DNA of 64,000 nucleotides from positions 379,564,001 through 379,628,000 of the forward strand of contig OZ024740.1 of NCBI GenBank assembly GCA_964016885.1, written 5' to 3'. The notes below the pieces were generated by a model. That model made no database searches. It was not told where the DNA came from and saw only the letters and a program-made list of their open reading frames with translations. Below, piece by piece: positions 51,551 through 64,000 of this stretch. Position numbers and translations under genes: made by a program. Every line of letters begins with the position of its first letter. The stretch's first letter is position 1. The DNA is from Eledone cirrhosa. Taxonomy: Eukaryota.

Positions 51551-54500
51551 CCTGTATGGTAGTTGTATTTGTTAAGGTGATGATTGTTGTCAGTGGTAGA
51601 GGTGGTGGAGGTGTTAACAATGGGTTCAAGTTAGTTATCTCATCTGTATGTGTGTTATCCTTTGTAAGCTATCAGTTTTGCACCAGTGAAGCACGAAGGC
51701 AATGTTTGCCTAGGAAATTGATGCTTACCATTCTTTTGAATAAGATGCCCCACTCCCACCATTTATTTCCTTCTCTCCTGTAATCACTAATATCTCCTTC
51801 ATTCCACACTCATCCATGCTAGACAGCTGCCAATATTATGTTGTTTATAAAACTCCCCAAAATAAACCAATTTTCAATTTTATTATAAATTCCTTTTTTT
51901 GTTGTTGTTTCCAAATCTTTAAAAAAAATTCTTCCTTGTTTGTTTTTCCTTGTTTGTTTTTCCTTGTTTGTTTTTGTTTTGTCTTAGGTTTTTTTGTTTT
52001 AATTTAAAATTGTATTATCTTTACTTTGTTTTTTGTTTTGTGCATATTTTCTTTTGTGAAAATCAATTTTCTCATTAACTGTTCTTCTTTTGAACCTCTG
52101 TTCCCTCCCATTGCGTGCACATACACACATACACACACACACGCACATACTCACACATACAATCACACACACATACATACAAACACACACATGCACACGT
52201 GCACACACATGCATATAAGAACACACACACACATACAAGCACACATGCACACATACGCAAGTGCACACACACACACATACCCACCAAGAAGAAAGCATTG
52301 AATAAACCCTTAAATAGAACATTCCTGGGGTGGTGGTGGTTGTGGTCGTGGTGGTGATTTTAGAAGGGCAGAAAAGAAGAAAATAAATATATAAATAGAC
52401 ATGATGTGGATGTAACCTAAACAGGTTACTGAGGGAGGGAAAAGTAAATTTCTTTGTGAGTGGGTTGGGGGTAGGGATCAGTTTAATTATTTTAATCCAC
52501 CTTTCACCCCTCCCCCTTTCCCCCTCCCTGTCCTGTACATCTTCAGCAATATCATCATCATTGTCGTCACCACCACTGACATTGTCAGTACTGTCATGAC
52601 CAAAGCCAAAATAATCAGAATCCCCTCCTCCCTTACAACCCTTCTCCATAATCATCATTGCTAGCATCATCATCATCATCATCATCATAGTTATTTACTT
52701 GACCCCCATCATTCTCTGTCACAAAAAGAAAATGGTACTACTACTACTACTACTACTACTTGCATCATCATAATACTGTGGCATTATCATCACCATTGTT
52801 GTCACTATAGTCATCAGTATTATAACCACCATTGCTACTCACCATCACCATCATCATCATCACTGCTTTTATAACCCATCGTCATCTATAACTAACTATC
52901 ATAACAATTGATATCGTCATCATCATCATTATCATTCCACTATCACCATCACCACTACTACTTCTGTTGCCACTATACCCCACAACTACAACTAAGTCTG
53001 CTGCAGCTATAACCACCACTGCAACTACCTCATTTGCCACCATACCCACCACTATTTATTTTTGTCCCCAAACAGTGATCTGTCATTCTGGTGTGTGTTA
53101 AATCTGTTCCATCTGAAAATGTTATTTGTTCATCAATCTTCAGCACATGTTAACAGTGTCATGTTAAATTTTGTTTTCGTTTTTTTTTCTTCTATCAATT
53201 GCCAAACATAACATGTAGGCCATGATGAAACAGATAGAGGAAAATTAAGAAAATAAGTCACATACGTATTTTTCAATTTTTCGTAACATAGTAAACATTT
53301 TTATACTCATCAGAAAGTTTTTTTTGAGGTATTGTTTTATGATCTGATTCCCCTTCCTGGTGCTGACTCATTTAGTTTCCTCTTATGACACATACATACA
53401 GTTATGGTGTACCTATTGTAAACCAAATTAAAATGGGGAACCTTGTGATGAAACTTGTAAGGCTAGCCCTCCCTCCATGCTTTAGCAGGGAAGATGGTCT
53501 TAAATGCTTATTGTTGTGTAGTATCGTAAACATGGTTATTCAAAATAAGAACTAAGTCTGGTCTCTTCCCATCCTCATTACTGAGGGTCAGGGACCACGA
53601 ACAATTACACTATATGATGCTACATGTCCATAATTCTCATGAAGCGGGGGAAGGGATGTCGGTGTGTTTCCATTACTTGGAAGCTGACTACTGAGTCGCA
53701 GTTCATTCACCTTTATCATAAGGATGAAGTGTTGGCCACTTGAAAGGTTGTCACCAAGGTCACCTGAGGAATCCCATCTACTAAAGTTTTGAAATCAGAG
53801 TGATCTTTTCCTAGACAGATGGTCGACCAAGGCTAACAAATTCTGTTGACCTATAAATATTATTGGCTAAAAAGCCTCTGTAGTACAGCTTTGATATATA
53901 TATATATGTTTATAGCTTCGGGCATTGTGTCAGTGAAAGTTAAATGCTTTGTTGATGGAGACAACACATTGCCAATACCACCTAACATAGATAGTTAGTT
54001 TCTTGACCTCATCTTCCTGGTAGAAAGCTCTCTTTTATATTACGTAGACATGTTTGTGTAGTTAAGAAGTTCTTGCAACCATGAGGTTCTGGGTTTTGTC
54101 CCACTGCACAACATCTTGGGCAAGTGACTTCTACTATTACCTTGGTTTGACTAATACCTTGTGAGTGGAAATTGATAGCTGGAAACTGTGCAGAAGCCTA
54201 TATATTTATGTTTATGTGTGTGTGTATGTTGTGTCTATGTTTGTGTTTATGTGTTTGACACACAGTACTGATTAAAAACCTATTATATCAAGAAAGTAAC
54301 TGAGCAACTCAATAAAATATAGCTTGATGAAATAGGTATTTGGGTCATTATAATTGGCCAAAATCCCTTCAAGGCTGTACCCCCCAGCATGGTTGCAGTC
54401 CACTGATTGAAACCAGTAAAAGAATAAAAGAGAAGTCATCATCATCATCGCCACCATTATCTTTAATATCATCATCATTTTGTTTCATTAATATTGATGT

Positions 54501-55128
54501 TAAACAAGTTAAAAAGTAGATTTGTTGTTGTTGTTGTTGTTCTGTAATTATAGTTTGTAATAATGTTGATACCTATTCTCGTGCTCACAAAGAAAATGCT
54601 GAACTTCCTTACATTTTATGAGTATGAAAACTTTTATAGTAACTGTGATCTTTGAGGTAGAGAAAGAAAACTTGTCATAGTTATTGGTTTGAATTTTATG
54701 CTTTGCTTGTAAATTATTTTGATTCTCTTACAATATATCAAAGAAATTGCTACTTTCTTTAATGAAACAGCTTATCACTTTCTCTTAATAGTTTCTTTTA
54801 CTGTTTGGTGGTTTTTGATCTGATCATTCAAATTGCCGGCTGTTAGTTACAGACTGTTTTCCAATATTATCGTTTGAGTTTTAAGAGATATAAATGTTAC
54901 TTCACTGAAAAAATACACAATCCCAGGAAAATTTCTTCACCCTTTCATTACTGTATTTCTAATGAAAGACACTGTCTATGATTTTCAAATAACTTTTAAA
55001 ATAATCATGAATTTTGACAGATTTAGTAATATAACTTTTTCATTATTAAGCTGGCAAACATAATTTTATAAAAGAACAAATGTTCTTTTATAAAATTATG
55101 ATGAAAAGTTATCAGATAAATATAAACA

Positions 55129-56240
55129 CTTTAATATACTAAAATATGCAGATGACATCAAGCTGTACCTTGAAATCAAAAGGACTGATCCTGAAATTTA
55201 CAACTCTTTCCTACAATCAGACCTGGACACAATGCAGCAATGGATCACAGACTGGCAACTGAAGCTGGCTGTGGACAAGTGTACCACCATGCATTTTGGA
55301 AGGAAAAATCCAGCGTCCACATACTCCCTCCACAACACTGACATCAAAAAGTCCTCTTGTGAACGTGACCTGGGCATTACTGTCAGCAACGATTTGCGTT
55401 GGACAAAGCATGTCTCTAAGATTGTCAAGAAGGCCGAGGGTGTCTTGGCATCACTCAGCAAGACCTTTGTTAGCCGCTCTCCAGCCATCTATTTAAAACT
55501 GTATACAGCTATGGTGCGACCACACTTGGAATTCGCATCATCAGTCTGGAACCCCTATCTTGCTCGGAACATTGACCTCCTGGAAACTGTTCAGAGACGT
55601 GCAACCAAGCGCATACCCTCCATCAGACACCTACCATACTCTGAACGCCTTGCTTCCCTGGGCATGGATTCATTGAAGCTCCGACGTCTGGCAATGGACT
55701 TGGTGAATACCCACAAAGTTTTTAACCATCTCGCCAACTGCAACCCTGAGCGCCTCTTTGATCTCCATGTGTCTAACACACGTGGACATGCCTACAAGAT
55801 AAGAAAACAGCACAGCTCCCATGACTTTCGCAGACATTTTTTCACGCTCAGAGTTGCTGAAGCATGGAACAAACTGCCTGCGTCAATTGTTAGCTGCCGA
55901 GACACTGCATCCTTTAAGACACTCATGCTTCCCAAAATACGCCAAAACTACACCTGATGTACCCCTTCCATACACATGCACACATGTGTGTATCATGACT
56001 CGTGCACTGTTCATTTTACTGATGTTTGTGCATTGCCCTATGTACTGTACATGCACTTTTTTGATGAGTTGTGGTGCACCTGGGCACTGTGCACAATATT
56101 TTGTTATTGTTATTATATCATGACTCATACACTGTTTATTTTCCTGACATTTGTACATTATTCTATGTACTATACATGCACCTTTGATGAGTTGTAGTGC
56201 ACCTGAGCACTGTACACAATAATTTCATTATTATTATTAT
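55129..56240 (+). mobile_element. 5'-truncated CR1/L2-group LINE with uninterrupted RT C-terminus, duplicated 3' UTR and (ATT)n tail
   Basis: KYADDIKL, LQSDLD, ERDLGI, VRPHLEF, VWNPY, LETVQRRATK, RVAEAWNKLP. TSD TATAAACA at 55121-55128 and 56241-56248. Inserted in a MITE at about 54940-56302. Confidence 0.95.
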
Positions 56241-56748
56241 TATAAACAGTTTTATTTCATAAAATCACAGGTAATTTCAGGCAGTTTGGTATTATAAGGG
56301 CTAGCAAACCATAAAATGAATCTTAAAATGCTGCTATGAAAGGATGTATCTAATTTTAAATGTTACATGTTTTATCACTAGACAGTATAATATGACTTCG
56401 TGTTACTCACTGTTAGAAATTATGTGTTTAGGCTCAGTAAAAACCAATTTTTTAATGTGTAATAATTTCATTGATAATTATTATTAATCTAAATACAGGT
56501 GATTGAAAGTATAGAATGATATTTATATATAGAATATGTATCATCATCATCATCATTTAATGTCCATTTTTCCTTGCTAGCGAGGGTTGGTTGTGTTGTC
56601 ACAGACCAATCAGTACTCAAGAAGAAACTCTGGGCTGGGTGCCCGACATACGATCCTGTACACTACGAGTACAATTTATCGTGGGACCAACACTAGCTGT
56701 CATGTTTTTAGTATAGTTGAATAATCCTCCCAATTCTTCCCCTCCCCC

Positions 56749-56786
<38 letters not shown>

Positions 56787-56950
56787 TGTTGAGGGTCATA
56801 TTGTTATAATATTGTCAGAAATAATAATAAAGCACACTCACTGTTTGGTTTGGATTGGTTTTTGCTTCTGTATCTTTTATATCTCCATAGTTAATTTATC
56901 AGGGAATCAATGTTTATCATTGATTGAGTAACGATTAAAAATACAGATAA

Positions 56951-57000
<50 letters not shown>

Positions 57001-57943
57001 TGATATAACACATACTCAAGAAAGGGATGGATTTTAAAGTTTGAGGCCTTTGGTGTGAGTTTGGTTGGTGTATTTATTACCACATACACCCTAGCCTAAT
57101 ACTTATGGACTGGAAAGTAATAATAAATAGGTGTAGTTCTCTATTTATGATGTAGTTGTAATAGCTAGCAATAAATCTAATATCTAAATTTGAAACCAGT
57201 TAACTCAGATATATATAACTGAATATAAAATAGTATAAATGCTGTTTTATATAGTAAAGAGAAAAACTGTAATCTAAGGAAACAAGATATCTCATTGCAG
57301 ATACATAAACAATGATATGGATGTTGGATTTTAAATGTTTTAGTATTATTTGTTCTGGCTCACTGCACACTTTGTTTAAATGTTGCTGAGATCAATTTTG
57401 CCCTTTTGAGGTCAATAAATGAAGTACCAGTTTAATGGGGTCAGTTGTTTTCTTTCTTTGGAAGAAATCAACTGTGACACAACCTGGAGAAGGATGGGCT
57501 GCATCAGGTTGAAAATATCAAAGATACACCATGTCTCAGGAGGGCACTGCTATGACTTCACCAACAGTTAAGAGCATGTTGCCTTTTATATAATACTAAC
57601 TTTTCCTCTCTCTTTTCACTTGCTCTATCTGTCTCTCCTTCCACCACTTCTCTCTCCCCCTGACTATTTCATAAAATGAAGAACTTTTATAGATGTTTCC
57701 CAGTGTCACTTGCATTAGGTTTCTGTAGTGAAGCTGTGTAATAGATATTGCTCAAACAGATTAATGAGTGCATCATAGAGTTGTTTTTTCACACCTGGAA
57801 TATTACATTATATTGATCAAGTTCATAGTATGATAAGCAATACATTGAAGGTACTGAATTGATGATGTGGCTCATGGTTCTATTTCCCTCTCTTCACCAC
57901 TGTCTGTATTACAACTTTACAGCTATTTTGTAAGTATATGCGC

Positions 57944-57983
<40 letters not shown>

Positions 57984-59026
57984 GTGTGTGTATATATATG
58001 CAACCTCAGAGATGTAAGAGGCCATTGTTGTGTATTTTCCATTGTTTAGAATGATTTTTGAAATGCATTTAGTATGCCAATAAATGATGTATATAAGTAG
58101 AAAATAAAGATACAGTATAATGAATACCATTTTATTAGCTGCAAACTGCACTGGAAGCAATTTGAGCAAAATAAAAAAAAAAAGTATATATAATAATAAT
58201 AATAATAATAATAAAAATAATAATAAACCTTACACCATGAGTGCTTAGGTAATTATTTGGAATTGCTTAGTAAAGAAATAAGCATAATAAGCATTTTAAA
58301 GTTAAAGAAGATTTTCAAGTAAAAGTAAATTATTTTACATGAAAACAACTGGCTGACATAAGAAACAATGAGAAAATTTGAAAAGTGTGCACTCCAACTC
58401 CAATGACTATAATAGTAGTTGATCACTATAAGAAAAAAGTGTGTATTTTACCCAATTTTCTGAACTGTTATATTGATTGACTATTATTATTATTTGCATA
58501 CATTTCAAATTTCATTTTACATGGGAAAAGAAAGCATTCCAAAAGCTATTTCTATTTTGTTGTGATCATATGATCATATATAACTTGTTGCTTAGAGATA
58601 CTTGGATTCTGTTCAAAATAAGAAAGGATCATCTTTGCACAATTGAGCCATAGATCAACTATTTGGTTTCAACTATTTGGTTAAGAAGTTTTCTTTTTGT
58701 GGTCCAGTCTTCATTGCACCTCCTACTATAGTCCTCAATAGTCTTCCTTTGTATTGTGGTGGATAAATGATTACTTGGTAGGTGGATTAAGGTTGGGAAT
58801 TAATGCTCGACTGAAGGAGCTGAGATATATATATATATATATATATAAAGTCTACAGTGCTGAGACAAGGGAGACCAGCAACCAGGGAAGTACTCTATGC
58901 ATGGGAAGAAGCATAGAATACTCCCCTGATTTGTAGTCTTCTTGCTCTCGGCGCTGGAGACTTTTACTCTTTTACCTGTTGCAACCATCTGACTGAGGCC
59001 ATACTGGTCTCTCTCTCTTCCTCTCC

Positions 59027-59060
<34 letters not shown>

Positions 59061-60725
59061 ATATGTCAGTTGCTGCTAACACCAGCAATGCCATTCATAA
59101 CAAAATGAGCAGTGATATTGTTTATGCCCTCCATATGCAATACAACCTGCAGCATAGTTATATAACAAACATTTAGTAGTGTTCTACACCATACTTAGAA
59201 AATAAGACATCTAAAATAGTTTAGAGTGTCATTAAACATAATTGAAAAAAAGTTTTTGTATATGATTGTATTGGAATGTTTTTAGATAAATGTAAACACT
59301 TTAAAACAAACATTTTGTTTTTTATTGTAGACATAAAGACAGTATCAAATAGCTTTGTATCAAAAGAGTTATTTTTTGCTATCCACGCAGTAATAGATTA
59401 ACATTATGGTTGTTCGTTTGTCTCATAAAATTATCTGTAGTGAAATTCTGGTCTGTTGATAGTGTGAGAAGTGAGATAGAGTGGGTAGATAATGCAAAAA
59501 TATATTTCCATAAACTAAAACAAAGATTCATGAGGATGACCTGCACTGTCATCAAGGAATAAGACACATTTTGATTTTTAATGCTTACTCATATCATGTA
59601 AACTGAATTGTAGATACACATTTTTGAGTAAACCCATTTTACACAGAAAACATGTCTCATAATACAAAAATATAGTTACCAGATGTGGAGCAAAGAGTGC
59701 CAATTGCTGAAACATAGCTCTGTGCCTTAAAGGGTGAATGTCTAGAGAAAAGCATTTCATATCAGGTTGATGACTTCACCAGCAAACATATCAACAAGCA
59801 TTATAAGGCTTATAGAACATGTCTTTAAAACTCACTTGCATCAGCACAATAACTTGTTCCAGCCAAAGGAAAGACTACTAAAATTTCATGGGTAGTGTTT
59901 GACAAGGTACAGCATTTAAGGGTTCAGAGTCCTGTGACTTCTGTTTCACAGAGAAGCTTCACATCATCCAACAACCTAACTTAATCTTAAAATGGACAAA
60001 TTAAATTTGATTTCCTTACACATTCCTAAATTCTCCCTTGAGAATTTCAAAGAAGACCATCTGATGCATAACAGACAACAACCAATTAGAATAATTCTAT
60101 TACTTTTTAACCCGTGTATGCTTGGCCATCTGAGTGAAACCACCAACCATCTTACAGAGTGTACTGCATGCATATTATATTGTTGGTTTATATGATGCAG
60201 ACAGACACTGCTGTATGTCTGTACTCATACATAGTCAGTGTTATCATTTGCACAGTTTTTGTTTGTCAGTGTATAAAGCCCAATTGATTGTTTGTGTTTC
60301 AGTGTTTAGCTTTAGTTATGAAGAGAAGTGCTGTTAATTTATTGGGATTATGATCTCTTTCTGATGTTATTGCTATTGCTACATTCACTTTTGTTATATC
60401 TTCTGTTTTTGTGCATACAGCATGCCCATGGTTTATAAACCAAGTGATTTTGTTTCATTATGAAATCAATATCAGTTTTAGCACCTTTTATTTCCTATCT
60501 CTGCCAGCATTGTTAGACAATTGTGGGCAGAATATTTCTTTTGATATTAATATCATTATTATTTATGAATAGTAATCAGTAGCAAATAATATTGCATGTA
60601 ATATAGTAAATAAATTGACCTTTGTTGATCTCATTGATGAGTGTTACAGATATTCGATCAACAAAACAACCTTTTTCTAAAACTAACATATAAACGGCTG
60701 ATTTTCCACTGACACATGTACCCCT

Positions 60726-60945
60726 GTGAAGGCGTGTGGCTGAGTGGTTAGGGAATTGGATTCGCAATCGTAAGGTTGTGAGTTCGATTCCAGGACCAGG
60801 TGATGCGTTATGTCCTTGAGCAAGACACTTTATTTCACGTTGCTCCTTCTACCTGGAGTTGCGACCGATAGATAGTATTAGCAATTGGAAAGACCAACGG
60901 AAACATTGTTCCCTCGGTCCGATTTGACGAAAGTCGATCGTTCCT
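60726..60945 (+). mobile_element. tRNA(Arg-like)-derived SINE with 12-bp TSD
   Basis: A box TGGCTGAGTGG, B box GAGTTCGATTCC, and ACATGTACCCCT at 60714-60725 and 60946-60957. Confidence 0.85.
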
Positions 60946-63759
60946 ACATGTACCCCTAAAATAATTTTCAGGAAGATTCAATGTAATTCAGTCTGTGACA
61001 AAGCTGGCTCTTTGAATTACAGGTAAAGTTCAATCAATGGATGTCTAAACAGTTTCCATTTGTCCAGTTTCACTTTAAAGGCTTGGGTCGACCTGAGGCT
61101 ATGGTAAAAAAACCCATGCTCAAGATGCCATGCAGTAGGATCAGACCTGGAACTGCATGATTGAGAAGTGAACTTAGTAACCATTTGTCTATGTCCACAT
61201 TACATACAATAATGACTTATAAATTAGGCACAAAGTTAAGAATATCAGTAGGAGCACATAGTCAGTTTGATTTGTCTCAGTTCTTTTTTGATGATACTTA
61301 TTTTATCAAAAGACTGAATGGCAAAGTTGACCTTTGCTGGGATTTGAACTCATAACAACTACAAGGATGTAACTAAATACCATAAGCTAGTTACTATATG
61401 TTGCTCTACTGTTTCTGCTACTTCCCGAGAATATTGATAATATTGTTTTTCATATAGGTATAAGGCCAGAATTGTTTTGGGGAGGGGTTAGTCGATTAAA
61501 TCAGTGTTAGTACTTGACTGGCACTCCATTTTATTGACTTTGGAAGGATGAAAGCAATGTTGACCATGGCAGAATTTGAACTTACAACATAAAGAGCCAA
61601 AACCAATACTCCATGCTCTAAATTAGCCAATCTAGTGGGATGATGGGCACGTTTGATCTCAAAAAGGTTTTGATATTGTTGTTGAGAAGACCTATGCTCA
61701 AAAGCCTTCCAGCTGTGCTCATCCTGTCTTGGGCCAGATCATCCTATATGACATTTCCTTACTTCAGACAATGGAATTATATATGTGTGAGATTTGGTTG
61801 TTATTTATAGCAGATCAAATGACCACTTAGAGGCTTCCTCATTAGTTTGGTGCTCTACAGTTTTTGATTAGGCATAAGGCTGGTGTGAGGCTGGGAGGAG
61901 TATAGTTAATACATTGAACCTGCAGTATGTTATAGCTACTTGATTTATGTGGGATTGAAAATTGGACCAGACTTGAACGTCTGAATATCATTTGTTTCTA
62001 GTCTAGGTACAAGGCCTGTAATTTGGTGGAAAGAAAAAGTCAAATATATTGATCTCAGTATTTGACTGGTACTTTATTCTATTGACCATGGAAGGACCCA
62101 AATAATAATAATAATAATTTTCAATTTAGGCACAAATTCAACAATTTGTTGGGAAAGTCAATTACATGTGACTAATACTTTATTTTATTGACCTCTGAAG
62201 GGTGAAAGGCAAAGTTGACCTTGACAGGATTTGAACTCAGAATGTAAAGAGCAGGGTCAAATGCTGCAAAATATTTTATTCACTGCTCAAACGATTTTGC
62301 CAATCCACCCATGCTAGCGTGGAAAATGGACGTTAAACGAGGATGATGATGATGATTGCCTTAAATTTTTGAATAATAATTGTTTCTACTTTCGACACAA
62401 GGCCAGCAATTATTCCAGTGTATTACTGGTACTTTATTTCATCAACCCCGTAAGAATGAAAGGCAAAGTTAAATCTGAATAATAATTGTTTCTACTTTTG
62501 GCACAAGGCCAGAAATTACCCCAGTGTATTACTGGTAATTTATTTTATCGACCCCGTAAGGATGAAAGGCAAAGTTAACCTTGGTGGGATTTGAACTCAG
62601 ATCATAAAGGGCCGTAACACTGCTGCAAAGCATGTTGTCCGACACCATATTGATACTGCCAGACATCTCTACTCAGTTACACAGATAGATATAGCATTCA
62701 AGTCTCTCTCACATCACATTCTATTGCTATGAAAATAGATAGTGTAGTACACTTTACTTCTGAAAAAGACAAAATAGCCGTAACTGGAATGTCTTTTATC
62801 ATGTCTGTCTGCTTGAGCAAAGTTAACCTGTGACTTAACAATAATAACAACTATAATTTCTTGTATTTGCACAGTGACACATTTCTAAAGGAGAGGGGTT
62901 TTATTTTACTGATTTGATCTCCATTATTTTACTGCTACATGTTTTTATCAAGGATGAATGGCAAAGTTGACTGTGATTGGATTTGAACCCAGAATGTAAG
63001 GCAAAGTGATTAAATACTGCAAGGCATTTGTTTAATTTGATATGTAATAATAATATATCATTTCTTACATGAAAATGTTAGTATTGAGCATGTTGGAATG
63101 AAAGTCCAAGTAGACTGTGATGACATTTTAACTTGGAATGTGGGGCAGTGAAACAAAACTGTACCCTAATCTTTTGCTCTCAAACAGCAGCCCACTATTT
63201 TGGAAAAAGAAACAGGCATACTGGAAAAGTGGACTTACAATGATGATGTTTTCTAGATACCTCTAAAAATATGGGTTAGTCAAAACTAGAATACATTTGA
63301 TTATAGGTTGACTTTCTTAGTGTTGATCTGGGGTACAAAGGCTAGCATTCTAGTGGAAATGACAAACTTAGCTAAATGAATTCTCTGGGTTTTTTTATAC
63401 TATGTAGCACTTACTTTTATGTAATATAAAATTATGGATGCAAAGTCTTATTAGCATGATTTGATATCAGAAAAGCAAAATATTGAGCTCACTGCCATGT
63501 GAGCTAAATCTTATGCTTCAGTAATAATGATTTCTAATTTAGGTACAAGGCTAGAGAATTTAGGGTGAGATGTAAGTCGAGTAAATCAACCCCAATACTT
63601 GATTGGTTCTTTATTTTATTGTCCTTGGAAGGATGAAAGGCAAAGTTGACTTCAGATTTAAACTCAAAATGTAAATAGCTGGAACAAATATTGCTAAGTA
63701 TTTGTCCAATGCTCTTATGACCCTGCCAATCCACTGCCCTTTTTGCTTCAATAAAAGTA

Positions 63760-64000
63760 ATCATCATCATCATCATCATCAGGTTTAGCGTCCGTGTTCC
63801 ACGCTTGCATGGGTTTGGACGGGGGTTTTCCCACTTGAGGCAAGAGTGGTTGTCTTGCTCGCATAGGACTGTCTGGCGGGTTTTCTACAGTTGGATGCCC
63901 TTCCTAACACCAACCACATTTACAGTGTGGGGCTGGGAGGTTTTTACCGTGTTGCCTACACGGCCACATTACAGCGTGGACTGTCTGGCGGGTTTTCTAC
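63760..64000 (-). mobile_element. Young RTE LINE 3' UTR with (GAT)n tail, running off the window
   Basis: Nearly identical reverse complement of 28700-29077. Confidence 0.9.

Noticed and set aside
51999-52688. 229-aa ORF and similar short ORFs (15181, 43932, 46325, 49306)
   Set aside because: Products of microsatellite translation with no domain signal.
59380-60340. Possible exon or transposase remnant in complex-looking sequence
   Set aside because: No recognisable motif or consistent splice and frame signal could be supported by eye.
60731-60800. tRNA-Arg gene
   Set aside because: No proper acceptor stem; it continues into a SINE core and is flanked by a TSD.

Overview
Eukaryotic, AT-rich, repeat-dense animal DNA. 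The SINE, MITE and RTE-LINE families with (GAT)n tails suggest a coleoid cephalopod such as Octopus; this is an inference. Two genes can be supported. (1) Five phase-compatible + strand exons (2881-18410) encode the disordered N-terminus of DNA ligase I, including the SPxGIPKRxTARK motif. No further LIG1 exon was found, so the rest of the window appears to be a >45 kb intron. (2) A two-coding-exon, minus-strand collagen + C1q-domain gene (25702-29513, 265 aa) lies inside that intron. The remainder is mobile DNA: RTE LINEs with a C4HC3 PHD finger inside the RT, a full-length GC-rich RTE-1-like LINE with an 8-bp TSD, CR1, R4-like and CRE-like fragments, a decayed piggyBac and its TTAA MITEs, Helitrons, Tigger-like MITEs, tRNA-SINEs and microsatellites. 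The most notable observations are a 442-bp near-perfect palindrome with a minimal hammerhead ribozyme on each strand, a CR1 3' UTR copy with one-directional A-to-G changes (possible fossil of ADAR editing), the PHD-in-RT LINEs, the H3K9-mimic motif in LIG1, and the nested antisense C1q gene. All alignments were done by eye, and repeat boundaries without TSDs are approximate.
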